Shown here in pieces: positions 20,068-29,908 of a DNA stretch of 64,000 bases. Under the pieces are notes generated by a model. The model saw only the letters and a list, made by a program, of their open reading frames with translations. It did not search any database and was not told the origin of the DNA. Positions within the stretch are counted from its first letter, which is position 1; the number at the start of each line of letters is the position of its first letter. The DNA is from an uncultured Acidobacteriota bacterium (GTDB lineage: Bacteria; Acidobacteriota; Vicinamibacteria; Vicinamibacterales; UBA823), in the NCBI GenBank assembly GCA_913052135.1, contig CAJXDY010000002.1:33820-97819 (forward strand), read 5' to 3'. Position numbers and translations under genes: made by a program.

Positions 20068-20595
20068 GTAAAGATCCTCCAAAGTTACATTGTTGTTTTG
20101 ATAGCGGGTCGACTAATTTTCCTAGCAGACCAGTTGGCGATCAATGTCTCACAACTTAAAAATTAATCCCTACCATCACTTTTATTCACAGTTGCAGACC
20201 ACAACTTTTATCGTCAGTGCTTGAAATTAAGAGACTAGAGTAATCGGTGAGAAATTGGAAATGTGAGGATATCCTACGGTTAGGTATGTGAGGACGTAAT
20301 CGCCCCTTTTATTCGATATTTCTAACCCATGTCTGTGGGAGCTCGACGTTATGATAAGTGCTCATTAGTCAGCTAGTTACGAGTTTGTTGCGATTTCTTG
20401 ATTGTGGAGAGTGAACATGTTGGATCAAGTTGGGTTGTCATTAATTTTTGGATTTCACTTTTAAAGTATGTCTTACTGCAGAATTATCGAACTCTTGGAT
20501 TGCGCACCGCGAATGTCGGGGAGTGTTTGAAAAACAAGAACGAGATAGGTTATTGCTTGCTCTAGACTGGAATCAAGCGTAGACGAAATATCGTA

Positions 20596-21531
20596 ATGAC
20601 ATCTTTAAGTATTGCAATTTTAGGCTCCGGTGCAGTTGGTGGTTATTACGGAGCAAAACTAGCAAACGCAGGCCACAAAGTAACGTTTCTGGCTAGAGGG
20701 CCGCACTTGCAGGCTATTCGTAATAACGGATTAATGATCCGGAGTGTGCTCGGCGACTTGACTGTAAGAGCTAATGCGACTGATGACGCCTCTGAGGTTG
20801 GGCACGTTGACTTTGTCTTAGTCACTGTTAAGACCTATGACAACAAGAGTGCGTTACCAATGTTAAAGGCAATGGTCGGATCGAATACGGTTGTTTTAAC
20901 TCTGCAGAACGGAGTCGATAGTGTAAATGAGATTGCTGATGTTATTGGTGAGGCACCAGTCCTTGGGGGTGCAACGTACATTGCAACAGCGGTAGTAAGC
21001 CCTGGTCTAATTGAACAGACGGGAACCCATCGGCAGATTGTCTTCGGTGAAGTCTTCGGGGAACGTAACAATTTATCTAAGCGGGTTGAAAATCTTTCCA
21101 GACTTCTTATAGAAGCGGAAATAGAAGTGGAAGCGGTCAAAGATGCGCGTGTACAATTGTGGGAAAAGCTGATTTACCTCTCGCCGTTTGCAGGTTTTAC
21201 CGGAGCGAGCAGGTTGCCCACCGGACCAGTGTGGACTGATCCGGAAATCCGAGGGCTTTTCATGGACGCTGTCGGGGAGGTAGAGCAAGTCGCCCGCGCT
21301 CATGACATACCAGTCAGCGACATTATTCGGCAGAAGATTGTTGATTACATGGATAGTATTCCTGGTGCGACCCGTTCTTCACTCCTTATTGACCTTTCAC
21401 AAGGCAAGCGTCTTGAAGTTGATGCGTTGCTCGGTTCAGTGATGCGTCGTGGCCGCAAGGTTGGCGTAGCGACTCCGGTCACGTCGGCCCTGTACGCTGT
21501 ACTCAAGCCGCACGCTGGAGGTCGGGACTAG
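20596..21531 (+). CDS. panE: 2-dehydropantoate 2-reductase
   Basis: GSGAVGG, VKTYD, LQNG, WEKL, SSLLIDL...RLE. Confidence 0.9.
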   Translation: MTSLSIAILGSGAVGGYYGAKLANAGHKVTFLARGPHLQAIRNNGLMIRSVLGDLTVRANATDDASEVGHVDFVLVTVKTYDNKSALPMLKAMVGSNTVVLTLQNGVDSVNEIADVIGEAPVLGGATYIATAVVSPGLIEQTGTHRQIVFGEVFGERNNLSKRVENLSRLLIEAEIEVEAVKDARVQLWEKLIYLSPFAGFTGASRLPTGPVWTDPEIRGLFMDAVGEVEQVARAHDIPVSDIIRQKIVDYMDSIPGATRSSLLIDLSQGKRLEVDALLGSVMRRGRKVGVATPVTSALYAVLKPHAGGRD

Positions 21532-21540
21532 GGTAACTTC

Positions 21541-22359
21541 TTGTTCGATTTCAATATTCTCATCATTACAGTTACCGGAGCTGTGGCTGGCTGTCTCGGC
21601 TCGTTGTTGGGGATCAGTGGCGGGATCTTCCTCGTGCCCTTCTTGATCCTTGCTCTTGAACTTCCAGTAAGGACAGCTGTTGCTATAAGTTTGATGACCG
21701 TCATTGCTACGTCTAGCGTGGCGTCAGCAAACGAAGCTAGTCAGCGTCTACTGAATCTCCGACTTGGTATGTTGCTTCAACTTACTTCCACGGTTGGTGT
21801 ATTAACAGGTGGTCTGACCGCGATGGTGATATCAGAGCAGGCAGTGCTCAGGTTGTTCGCCATCATTTCTGTTGTCAGTGCCATCATTATTTTTAGTAGG
21901 CTTGGTCGGCGTAACGTCACACTCGATCCGGATGCGGATCCTGGACGCCTTGGGGGTCGGTTCTTTGAACAAGAAAGCGGTGGAGTGGTTACCTATCGGG
22001 TGCGACGTGTTTGGCTTGGATTAGGGGTGTCTTTTATCGCAGGGAATTTAGCAAGCGTACTTGGTATTGGGGGTGGAATTATTACAGTGCCAGTTCTCAA
22101 TGTCTGGTGCGGAGTGCCGATGCGCGTTGCGGCGGCAACGAGTGCTTTCCTCATTGGTATTACGGCGGTTGCTGCGATTCCAGCCTACTACGTAAGCGGC
22201 GACATTGTAGGATATTTATCGGCAGCTGCCGTCTTAGGAGTTCTCTTTGGTGCGCGAGTAGGTTTTTGGGTGGGCTCATGGAGCCGAGCTAAGTGGCTCA
22301 AGTTACTGTTGGGAGTCACATTACTCGCGGTTTCAGCGTTCTTATTTGCAAGACTGTGA
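21541..22359 (+). CDS. TauE/SafE-family sulfite exporter
   Basis: LGISGGIFLVP and LGIGGGIITVP repeats, ATS motifs, 8 TM-like segments; TTG start. Confidence 0.85.
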   Translation: MFDFNILIITVTGAVAGCLGSLLGISGGIFLVPFLILALELPVRTAVAISLMTVIATSSVASANEASQRLLNLRLGMLLQLTSTVGVLTGGLTAMVISEQAVLRLFAIISVVSAIIIFSRLGRRNVTLDPDADPGRLGGRFFEQESGGVVTYRVRRVWLGLGVSFIAGNLASVLGIGGGIITVPVLNVWCGVPMRVAAATSAFLIGITAVAAIPAYYVSGDIVGYLSAAAVLGVLFGARVGFWVGSWSRAKWLKLLLGVTLLAVSAFLFARL

Positions 22360-22655
22360 TGTCTAAGATTAACGATACAAATCGGTTTGAAACCATTGTT
22401 AGTGCGGTTCTTTGGAACGGCATGAGCGTGGCCACGGCGTCCCTAGTGATCGGCCTTTTGTTTTGGATGTTCGGACTGTTCAACGTGGTGAGTGCAGGCC
22501 TGTTGCATGCTGGTTTGATCATTGTGGTGGGAATGCCGACCCTTCGAGCCTTATTGGCGTTCAGTCGATTCCTGCGGGCCGGCGAATGGTCGTTTGTTGC
22601 CATTACTGCCGGTGTTTTTGCGATGCTCGTAACGTCGCTAGTGCTTGCGTTTTGA
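22359..22655 (+). CDS. DUF1634-like small membrane protein
   Basis: ATG overlaps the tauE stop (TGATG); three TM segments; PTLR motif; typical TauE partner. Confidence 0.65.
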   Translation: MSKINDTNRFETIVSAVLWNGMSVATASLVIGLLFWMFGLFNVVSAGLLHAGLIIVVGMPTLRALLAFSRFLRAGEWSFVAITAGVFAMLVTSLVLAF

Positions 22656-22665
22656 GATTGGAAGC

Positions 22666-22962
22666 CTACTCTGTGCCAGATGGGTGCAAAATGACGACAG
22701 TCGCACCCAGATGTGATTCAGGGGCGTCGTGGAAGGATCGGACGTAGGTGTTACGATCCAATACGGCTTGGACAATTCCTCGTTGTACGCCAATGCCACG
22801 ACCATGGATGAGACGAATCTCCACAAAACCCGCTGCTTGAGCCTCTTTTAGGTACTCTCTGACGACGGAACGAATATCACTTGGAGCAAACATGTGCAAA
22901 TCCAAGGTCCCATCAATTGGCACCTGATGAGGCCGCGCTTTCCTTGTTTCTGCATCTGCCAT
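22666..22962 (-). CDS. Smr-domain small protein
   Basis: LDLH, IHGRGIG, GATVV. Confidence 0.85.
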   Translation of the reverse strand: MADAETRKARPHQVPIDGTLDLHMFAPSDIRSVVREYLKEAQAAGFVEIRLIHGRGIGVQRGIVQAVLDRNTYVRSFHDAPESHLGATVVILHPSGTE

Positions 22963-23005
22963 CTGTGTTCCTAAGGGTAATTATCGGTTCGCAGGATGTC
23001 GGTTA

Positions 23006-23368
23006 CTAGCCGTCCAGCCCGCTTTGGGCTACATATCGCGCACTTACCGACGTGGTCAGACCACCACGGACTGAGAACTCACCGATAACAACCATGCGGC
23101 GAGGCTGGCAGGCTGCCACAAGATCGTCCAAGATTTGGTTAGTGGCGGCTTCATAAAAAATTCCACGGTTCCGGTACTCGATGAGGTAGTATTTCAACGC
23201 CTTCAGTTCTATGCAGCGTTGGTCAGGGCTGTAGGTAATGGTAATTTCGCCGAAATCCGGAAGTCCGGTCTTTGGACAGACGGATGTAAACTCAGGGCAC
23301 CGGATAACAATTTCATAATCACGCTCCGGCCTGGGGTTGGAGAAGGTCTCAATAGGTGAATCCGGCAT
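23006..23368 (-). CDS. queF: NADPH-dependent preQ0 reductase (type I QueF)
   Basis: [26 protein letters not shown]. Confidence 0.93.
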   Translation of the reverse strand: MPDSPIETFSNPRPERDYEIVIRCPEFTSVCPKTGLPDFGEITITYSPDQRCIELKALKYYLIEYRNRGIFYEAATNQILDDLVAACQPRRMVVIGEFSVRGGLTTSVSARYVAQSGLDG

Positions 23369-23375
23369 AATAGAG

Positions 23376-23384
23376 ATTTTATCA
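23376..23384 (-). promoter_or_regulatory. Extended -10 (TGaTAAAAT) 7 nt upstream of the queF ATG; probable leaderless transcript
   Basis: Minus strand reads caaTGaTAAAATctctattATG with no SD. Confidence 0.5.
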
Positions 23385-23544
23385 TTGTCTTGGGATAACG
23401 TATGAAGAGCTCGGATGCGTATTGTTGACAGACGAACGTCTACGATCTAGCATACGGGCGTTTTTGATTGGTTCCGCAACTGCCGCCGGCGCGCGCGGTG
23501 GTGACCGGATGTAACAGGCGCGCTTGAAGTCAGGGAGGATGCCG

Positions 23545-23841
23545 ATGGCCGAGGGCAAGAGAATGAGCAAGTCTGAACTGTTCTCACATTTTGCTGAGAA
23601 GTTTGATATGAAACGTTCTCAAGCGCGAGAATTTTTTGACGAGTTAAACGACTTGGCAGAGAAGGAACTGAAGCGCGTGGGTGAGTTTGTTTTGCCCGGA
23701 ATGGGAAAATTTGTTAAACAGAATCGTAAAGCTCGCCAGGGTCGTAATCCGGCCACCGGTGAGACAATTCAGATTCCAGCGAAGACCGTTGTTAAGGCGA
23801 GGATTGCCAAGGCGTTGAAGGACGCGGTTCTACCTAATTAA
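23545..23841 (+). CDS. hup: HU-family DNA-binding protein
   Basis: MSKSEL, LPGMGKF, RQGRNPATGETIQIPAK; GGGAGG SD. Confidence 0.93.
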   Translation: MAEGKRMSKSELFSHFAEKFDMKRSQAREFFDELNDLAEKELKRVGEFVLPGMGKFVKQNRKARQGRNPATGETIQIPAKTVVKARIAKALKDAVLPN

Positions 23842-23876
23842 ATTAGGGTAAACCGGTATTTCAGATAGTTTCACTG

Positions 23877-23900
23877 CACAGACGCCTTGAGGCGTCTGTG
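23877..23900. terminator. Perfect 10-bp hairpin downstream of hup (possible terminator)
   Basis: CACAGACGCC-TTGA-GGCGTCTGTG; no clear U-tract on either strand. Confidence 0.55.
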
Positions 23901-23907
23901 TCGTGGC

Positions 23908-24131
23908 TGGAAAAATGACTTCCGGTGGCGGTCGGCTGGGGGTTAGTGCCTGGCGCCTTGAGGTTCTTATTGGCAGGCATCTGGATTCGCTAGCCTGATT
24001 TGTTCGCCTTGTAGTTCGAGTCATTTGCTCAGGCCTTCGAAGAGTTGTTGAGTGTGTCTGGCTGCCAGTTACCTGCTCTGTAGCCAGCACATTTGCTCTC
24101 GCATCCAGTCGGTTAGCCTTGGTTATTTTCA
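23908..24131. ncRNA. Candidate rod-like structured ncRNA (6S-RNA-like geometry, identity unproven)
   Basis: Five nested colinear helices found by eye (see findings); no credible ORF. Confidence 0.35.
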
Positions 24132-24230
24132 AGGGACTAAACGTCGGATTATCTAACCACCAACACGCTCCAGTCTAATCGTGCCATTACAATCAAAACT
24201 GTATTCCAGATTTTCTGGTGAGGATTCTGT

Positions 24231-25649
24231 GTGACGTCTGAATATGATGTTGTGATCGTCGGGGCCGGAACTGGCGGTTATGTTGCGGCCATTCGAGCCG
24301 CACAGCTGGGTCAGCGGACTGCTGTCGTCGAGCAACATGGTGCTTTAGGTGGCACATGTTTGCATCGGGGATGCATTCCTACCAAAGCGCTTCTCGAGCA
24401 TGCTCATGCCTTTAAGATTGTGCAGGATGCTAAGACGTGGGGTATTACCTTGGGAGAGGCGGCCGTCAGCATCGACATGAAACAGGTTCAGGCGAGGAAA
24501 AACCGAATTATTAAGAATTTAAGTAAAGGGCTTGAATTCTTATTCAAGAAGAACAAAATCGAGTGGATTCGAGGTTGTGGTCGACTTCTCGCGCCAGGTC
24601 GATTGGAAGTAAATGACAACGGGACATTTAAGACCATCTCTGCTCGTGAAATTGTGCTTGCCACGGGTTCAACCCCACGTACGGTTCCGGGCATTGAGAT
24701 TGATCGCCAGCGGATTATCACAAGTGATCAAGCGATGATGCTCGATCATGCGCCACCATCAATGATTATTCTTGGTAGTGGGGCTGTCGGTGTGGAATTC
24801 GCTTCAATTTTTCAACGGTTTGGAGTCGACGTGACGTTAATCGAGATTATGGATCGACTCGTGCCACTCGAAGACGTGGCGGTCTCAAAGGAATTAGAGC
24901 GATCGTTTCGTAAGCAGGGTATTCGCATACTTACTGATACCAAAGTGACAGCAGCTATGTCTGAGGCTGACCACGTTAGAGTGGAAGCTACTGGACCAAA
25001 GGGGGAAATTGAGCACTTTGAGGCCGCTTACTTACTCGTGGCAACCGGTCGTGGGCCTGTAACAAACAACCTTGTGGCCGATGATGTCGATCTAAAGCTT
25101 GAGCACGGTTTCATTCGTGTAGACGAATTGTACCGAACATCCGTGCAGGGTGTGTCTGCGGTGGGAGATGTGATCACTCTCGGTTGGCCTGGCCATCCGC
25201 AACTGGCGCATCTGTCATCAGCGGAGGGTATCTTAGTGGCGGAACGGATTGCTGGTCGCAAGGTCACTCCGTTGAACTACGGTCACGTACCATCTTGTGT
25301 ATATTGCGAGCCAGAAATCGGCAGCGTAGGGTTAACAGAAGAAGCGGCCATCCAACGTGGTCACCGTGTTCGGGTTGGTACCTTCCCGTTCGGAGTGCTA
25401 GGACGAGCCAAGATCTCAGGCGATACAGATGGGTTTGTAAAGATTGTGTCGGATGAGCAAGACGATAAGATTTTAGGTCTCCACATGATCGGACCCCGCG
25501 CCACCGAACTAATCGCAGAGGCAGCACTGGCGTTACGTATGGAGTGCACGAGTTTAGACCTTGGCCGTACAATTCACGCGCATCCAACGTTATCAGAAGC
25601 AATTGCTGAAGCAGCACACGCGACCCACGGCGACGCAATTCATGCTTAG
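24231..25649 (+). CDS. lpdA: Dihydrolipoyl dehydrogenase
   Basis: GAGTGG, GGTCLHRGCIP redox disulfide, GSGAVG, HAHPTLSE. Confidence 0.95.
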   Translation: MTSEYDVVIVGAGTGGYVAAIRAAQLGQRTAVVEQHGALGGTCLHRGCIPTKALLEHAHAFKIVQDAKTWGITLGEAAVSIDMKQVQARKNRIIKNLSKGLEFLFKKNKIEWIRGCGRLLAPGRLEVNDNGTFKTISAREIVLATGSTPRTVPGIEIDRQRIITSDQAMMLDHAPPSMIILGSGAVGVEFASIFQRFGVDVTLIEIMDRLVPLEDVAVSKELERSFRKQGIRILTDTKVTAAMSEADHVRVEATGPKGEIEHFEAAYLLVATGRGPVTNNLVADDVDLKLEHGFIRVDELYRTSVQGVSAVGDVITLGWPGHPQLAHLSSAEGILVAERIAGRKVTPLNYGHVPSCVYCEPEIGSVGLTEEAAIQRGHRVRVGTFPFGVLGRAKISGDTDGFVKIVSDEQDDKILGLHMIGPRATELIAEAALALRMECTSLDLGRTIHAHPTLSEAIAEAAHATHGDAIHA

Positions 25650-25732
25650 TAGCATCAATTTAGTTACCTGTATTAATGATTGAGGTTTGAGTATTCGGCT
25701 CAATATAGTGATACCGCAGATGGGTGAATTAA

Positions 25733-26419
25733 TTGTCTAAGAGCCCGCATGCAGTATTGGTAGAGGGAACTGGGACACTTGAGGTGCGTCGACTTGGTTG
25801 TGTTTCGTACAACGAAGCGCTTCTTTTGCAGCAACAATTCGTGAAAGCTCGCCGTGCTGGAGAAGTTCCAGATTTGCTTCTTCTTTTGCAGCATCCTCAT
25901 GTGCTTACGGTTGGTGCTGGTGCCCGTCACAGTCACGGAAATATTGTGGCGGACTCGGCTACCTTGCAGGCTAAAGGTATACAAGTGGTCGAAGTGGGCC
26001 GAGGAGGCGATGTTACTTATCATGGCCCAGGGCAGTTAGTCGGTTACCCAATCGTTGACCTTCGGCCAGACCGATGCGACGTGCGTCGATACATGCGGGA
26101 TCTTGAGGAAGTCATGATTCGGACAGCTGGAACGTTTGGGGTTACGGCCGAACGAGTTAGTGGTCTTACTGGTGTGTGGGTCGGCAATGCGAAACTAGGG
26201 GCTATAGGAGTCCGGATCTCAAAATGGATTACAAGTCATGGGTTCGCCTTCAACGTTATGACAGATCTTGAGTATTTCAATTTAATCGTGCCATGTGGCA
26301 TCAAAGATCGTCCAGCGACTTCCTTGTCGGCATTACTTGGACGCATGGTTTCGGTAACCGAGGTTGAACAGGTTCTAACGGAACATTTTTCTGTTGTCTT
26401 CGACCGTTCAGTTATCTAA
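25733..26419 (+). CDS. lipB: Lipoyl(octanoyl) transferase
   Basis: RGGDVTYHGPGQ, KLGAIG, HGFAFN, PCG; start uncertain. Confidence 0.93.
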   Translation: MSKSPHAVLVEGTGTLEVRRLGCVSYNEALLLQQQFVKARRAGEVPDLLLLLQHPHVLTVGAGARHSHGNIVADSATLQAKGIQVVEVGRGGDVTYHGPGQLVGYPIVDLRPDRCDVRRYMRDLEEVMIRTAGTFGVTAERVSGLTGVWVGNAKLGAIGVRISKWITSHGFAFNVMTDLEYFNLIVPCGIKDRPATSLSALLGRMVSVTEVEQVLTEHFSVVFDRSVI

Positions 26420-26495
26420 CCGCTACTGAATGACAGTTATATTCTGGTTAAGTCTAGCTGCCCTTAAGGTGCAATCTAGGGAATAAAGATATCTG

Positions 26496-27344
26496 CTACG
26501 CTTTATTCAAGGCAGTCTCCAGTTGGACTTGCTCGATAGGGGACAGCACTGGTTCCACTATCTCGCGAATACCGCCTTGCCCCAAACGGACCGCAGCAGT
26601 GACAATACCAGCCTTACTCGTCTTGTCTGCGGCAGCAAAGCACGTGAGTGCGAGCTTGCAAGAATCAGTGGCGATTGCTTCGCAGACTAAACTTCCTGCA
26701 GAAGCTAATGCGTACGGTCCTGGCGGCCAAAGGTTGGCGATACGTGCACGTACACGGACTAAGGCTGGCGGATTGAACACGTTCTCTATCGGCCGACCAT
26801 CAATAGTTGCACTACTCCAGGCCACTACCACGTGTTCCGGTGGAACACCATGAATTGAGATACTTACGTTGCTTGGAGAGCACCCAGCCTCCGCAGCTAT
26901 GATGACACGGAGCGCCGAAACAAGAGCCCCAGGAGCAGACCCAATCAGTTTCTCGCGTGCCACACCTGCTTCGTTGAGGCCTCGTGCAATCAAAATTCTA
27001 TGATCAGCTTCGGCACAAACGATCGTCGCATGCGGGTTGTATTTCACAAGCTGGCATACGGTTACCAATTCCTCGTCACAGCTCCCCTGGTCTTTTGATG
27101 GTTTGGCTGGATGGGTCAAGACGATAACGTCGGCACCGACTACTTCCGACAAATTTCCAGTAGCTTTTATGGCCGTGCGGAAACCTTCGATTGGACCAGC
27201 TTGACTGATATCGAGCGCCTGTCCAGCAGCGATTCCTTCGCTCGAATCAATCAACTTGATTGAATCGATGTGGTTACGCCGCGCGAGCGTGAAAGCTAAC
27301 GTGCTGCCTAACTCGCCGGCTCCGATAATTGCTATTGTTGACAT
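26496..27344 (-). CDS. Malate/lactate dehydrogenase-like protein lacking catalytic residues
   Basis: IAIIGAG...GQALDISQAGPIEGF matches the LDH-like MDH N-terminus, but the RKPGMSR, NP, DSAR and GGHG motifs are all altered. Confidence 0.75.
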   Translation of the reverse strand: MSTIAIIGAGELGSTLAFTLARRNHIDSIKLIDSSEGIAAGQALDISQAGPIEGFRTAIKATGNLSEVVGADVIVLTHPAKPSKDQGSCDEELVTVCQLVKYNPHATIVCAEADHRILIARGLNEAGVAREKLIGSAPGALVSALRVIIAAEAGCSPSNVSISIHGVPPEHVVVAWSSATIDGRPIENVFNPPALVRVRARIANLWPPGPYALASAGSLVCEAIATDSCKLALTCFAAADKTSKAGIVTAAVRLGQGGIREIVEPVLSPIEQVQLETALNKA

Positions 27345-27425
27345 GCGATCGGCTACAGTTATCTCGGCCGGATGATACTGGATCTGTTATGCCACAAACC
27401 TTACAGGACACGATATTCTAATAAC

Positions 27426-28151
27426 ATGAATAACATACCTCAACTCGAAGGAAAAGTTGCCATTGTCACTGGTGGTTCAAGTGGAATTGGCTTGGCCATT
27501 GCGAAGCGGTTACTTGCTTGTGGTGCCAGTGTGACTATCAGCGGACGCGACGCGCTGCGTTTAGAACATGCTGCTCAGCAACTACCAAACGATAATGGAC
27601 GTCTTTGCCCTGTCAGGGCAGATGTTCGCGACCCGGCGCAAGTTAAGACGCTCTTCGACCGCACTGTAAAACAGTTCGGCGCAGTAGATATTCTTATTAA
27701 CAACGCGGGGATAGGGGTATTTGCCAAAGTGGCTGATCTTACACTTGACCAGTGGCATGCAATCATTGAAACAAACTTGAACGCCGTTTTCTATTGTTGT
27801 CGAGAGGCGATCCCATATCTACGACAACGTAATGGAGGTTGGCTGATTAATATAAGTAGTCTCGCCGGAAAAAACTCGTTTCCTGGTGGCGGCGCGTACT
27901 GCGCATCGAAGGCTGCCCTAAATGCTTTCAGTGAGGTGCTTATGCAGGAAGTCCGACATGAAGATATTCGGGTCAGTTACATCATGCCGGGCTCGGTAGC
28001 GACATCGTTTAATGATGGTAAGTCTCAGGAGGGTGCTGACTGGAAAATAGCTGCAGACGATGTCGCCCAGGTAGTGCTGGATGTACTGTCACTGAACCAG
28101 CGTTCCCTAGTTAGCCGCGTAGAGGTAAGACCTTCCAAGCCGAAAAAGTAG
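27426..28151 (+). CDS. SDR-family oxidoreductase
   Basis: TGGSSGIG, NNAG, YCASK; start ATG 27426. Confidence 0.93.
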   Translation: MNNIPQLEGKVAIVTGGSSGIGLAIAKRLLACGASVTISGRDALRLEHAAQQLPNDNGRLCPVRADVRDPAQVKTLFDRTVKQFGAVDILINNAGIGVFAKVADLTLDQWHAIIETNLNAVFYCCREAIPYLRQRNGGWLINISSLAGKNSFPGGGAYCASKAALNAFSEVLMQEVRHEDIRVSYIMPGSVATSFNDGKSQEGADWKIAADDVAQVVLDVLSLNQRSLVSRVEVRPSKPKK

Positions 28152-28200
28152 TTGCACCTAATTGTTATCTCACACATTGGTTCCGCGTTTACCCTGCGTC

Positions 28201-29169
28201 TTATGTCGAGGGTAGAACTTCTATTAGACGCTCAAAATCAATGTTTGCACCAGACACGACAGGAACGATGTTGCGTCCCGAAGCCTTTATGACACCATTG
28301 AGCACAGCGGCAACTGCTGCTGCACCAGCTCCCTCAACAATGAGTTTTTCGTTAGCAGCTAACCCGCGGATTGCATCGCGCACTGCAGTTTCACCGATGA
28401 CTATCATGTCGTCGACAAGTTCTTTAACGATATCAAACGTAATGGACTCAGGGTCAAGGTTGCCTGTTAATCCATCAGCGATTGTGTCACCGACCTCGAT
28501 CTGAGTAATGCGACCTGCCGCGAGACTTTTTTGAAATGCTTGCGAGGCATTAACTTCCACACCAATGATAGTGGTTTGTGGTGCGGCGGTTTTGACCGCG
28601 ATGGCGATACCACTCAAAAGCCCGCCTCCACCGACTGGTACCACCAAAAGATCTGTGTTGGGCGATTCTTCGAGAATCTCAAGTCCTATTGTGCCAGCTC
28701 CAGCGATGACATCGTGATCGTTATAGGCTGAAATAAACGTTGCCTGCGTTTCTAAGGCGAACGCTTTCGCCTGTTGCTCGGCTTCATCGTAGTCGATGGC
28801 AGAGTCGCGCAGGTTGGCACCGTGATAACGAATCGCATCTCGTTTGGTTCGCGGAGCATTCTTTGACGTAAAAACAGTCAATCGTGTTTCAAGCTGTTCG
28901 GCAGCCCACGCCATGGCACGACCATGATTTCCGGCAGAAGCTGTAACGACATGCGGGACGGCATCCGTCGAACGCTCAACGAGTGCGCTGATTGCATTTA
29001 CTGCTCCCCGCAACTTAAAGGAATTTGTAATTTGCAGGGATTCGAGTTTTAGTTGAACATTGCCACCACTAATCCCTGACAGCCAGGATGAAGGCGCTAG
29101 CGGTGTTCGCCTGACGTAATCCGCTATGCGTGCATGAGCGGTGATGACATCCTCGTACGTGATCGACAT
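28201..29169 (-). CDS. Threonine/serine dehydratase (catabolic, fold-type II PLP)
   Basis: ESLQITNSFKLRGA, SAGNHG, PVGGGGL, EGAGA, SGANID; no ACT domain. Confidence 0.9.
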   Translation of the reverse strand: MSITYEDVITAHARIADYVRRTPLAPSSWLSGISGGNVQLKLESLQITNSFKLRGAVNAISALVERSTDAVPHVVTASAGNHGRAMAWAAEQLETRLTVFTSKNAPRTKRDAIRYHGANLRDSAIDYDEAEQQAKAFALETQATFISAYNDHDVIAGAGTIGLEILEESPNTDLLVVPVGGGGLLSGIAIAVKTAAPQTTIIGVEVNASQAFQKSLAAGRITQIEVGDTIADGLTGNLDPESITFDIVKELVDDMIVIGETAVRDAIRGLAANEKLIVEGAGAAAVAAVLNGVIKASGRNIVPVVSGANIDFERLIEVLPST

Positions 29170-29219
29170 GACTATGTAGGCATTTTATACTTGTACCACC
29201 TCATTGTGAGGGGATCTGT

Positions 29220-29858
29220 ATGTTTCTTAAATCTTATGCTGTCGAACCCTTCTTTAAGAACGGGTTTGTTCTTGGCTGCGAAAAGAGTTTGGAAGGTGTT
29301 GTCATTGATCCGGGTGACGAAGTTAGTGACTTGTTAACCGTGATTGAACGAGAGCACTTAACGATTAGATATATCTTGCTGACGCATGCCCATGTCGACC
29401 ATATAACTGGTGTAGCCAAGGCGAAGGATGCTTTAGGGGCGCCGATCTTATTGCATTCCGATGACCTTTTTCTTTATAAAGATGCTGTGCAACATGGCGC
29501 ACACTTTGATTTACATGTGGATGAGCTACCACCCGTCGATCGTTTCTATAGCTCTCCTGAATCACTAAGCTTCGGTGAGTACGAAGTGGTCGTTCACCAT
29601 ACACCTGGGCATTGTCCGGGAGGCGTGTGTCTTCAAGTGGGAAAGACGGACACGCTAGGCTGCATGCTGTTTGTGGGTGATACGCTTTTTGCAGGTTCGA
29701 TTGGGCGCACTGATCTCCCAGGCGGTGATCACGCGACACTCATTAACTCGATTAAAGAAGTGCTGTTTGCTTTCGAAGACGAAGTTGAAGTTTATCCCGG
29801 ACACGGTCCGAAGACTACGATAGGTCACGAACGTCAAACAAATCCTTTTTTAGTCTGA
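29220..29858 (+). CDS. MBL-fold metallo-hydrolase (glyoxalase II/YcbL-like)
   Basis: THAHVDH, TPGHCPG, GDTLF, PGHG. Confidence 0.92.
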   Translation: MFLKSYAVEPFFKNGFVLGCEKSLEGVVIDPGDEVSDLLTVIEREHLTIRYILLTHAHVDHITGVAKAKDALGAPILLHSDDLFLYKDAVQHGAHFDLHVDELPPVDRFYSSPESLSFGEYEVVVHHTPGHCPGGVCLQVGKTDTLGCMLFVGDTLFAGSIGRTDLPGGDHATLINSIKEVLFAFEDEVEVYPGHGPKTTIGHERQTNPFLV

Positions 29859-29908
29859 ATCCTATGCGTGACGATTTCTGTTGGTTGATGTCCGTACATT
29901 AGATGCTG

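Noticed and set aside
23369-23460. preQ1 riboswitch upstream of queF
   Set aside because: No preQ1 consensus, and a -10 box sits 7 nt from the ATG, leaving no leader.
23830-24132. 100-aa minus-strand ORF between hup and lpdA
   Set aside because: TTG start without SD, low-complexity T/R/S/P composition, and it runs through the hairpin into the hup stop; the region is better explained as structured RNA.
23900-24140. Glycine, TPP, SAM riboswitch, SRP, tmRNA or RNase P identity for the structured region
   Set aside because: Diagnostic motifs (CCGAAG/CTCTCAGG, CTGAGA, GGAAGGAAGCAG, GAGGAAAGTCC, tRNA-like ends) are absent.
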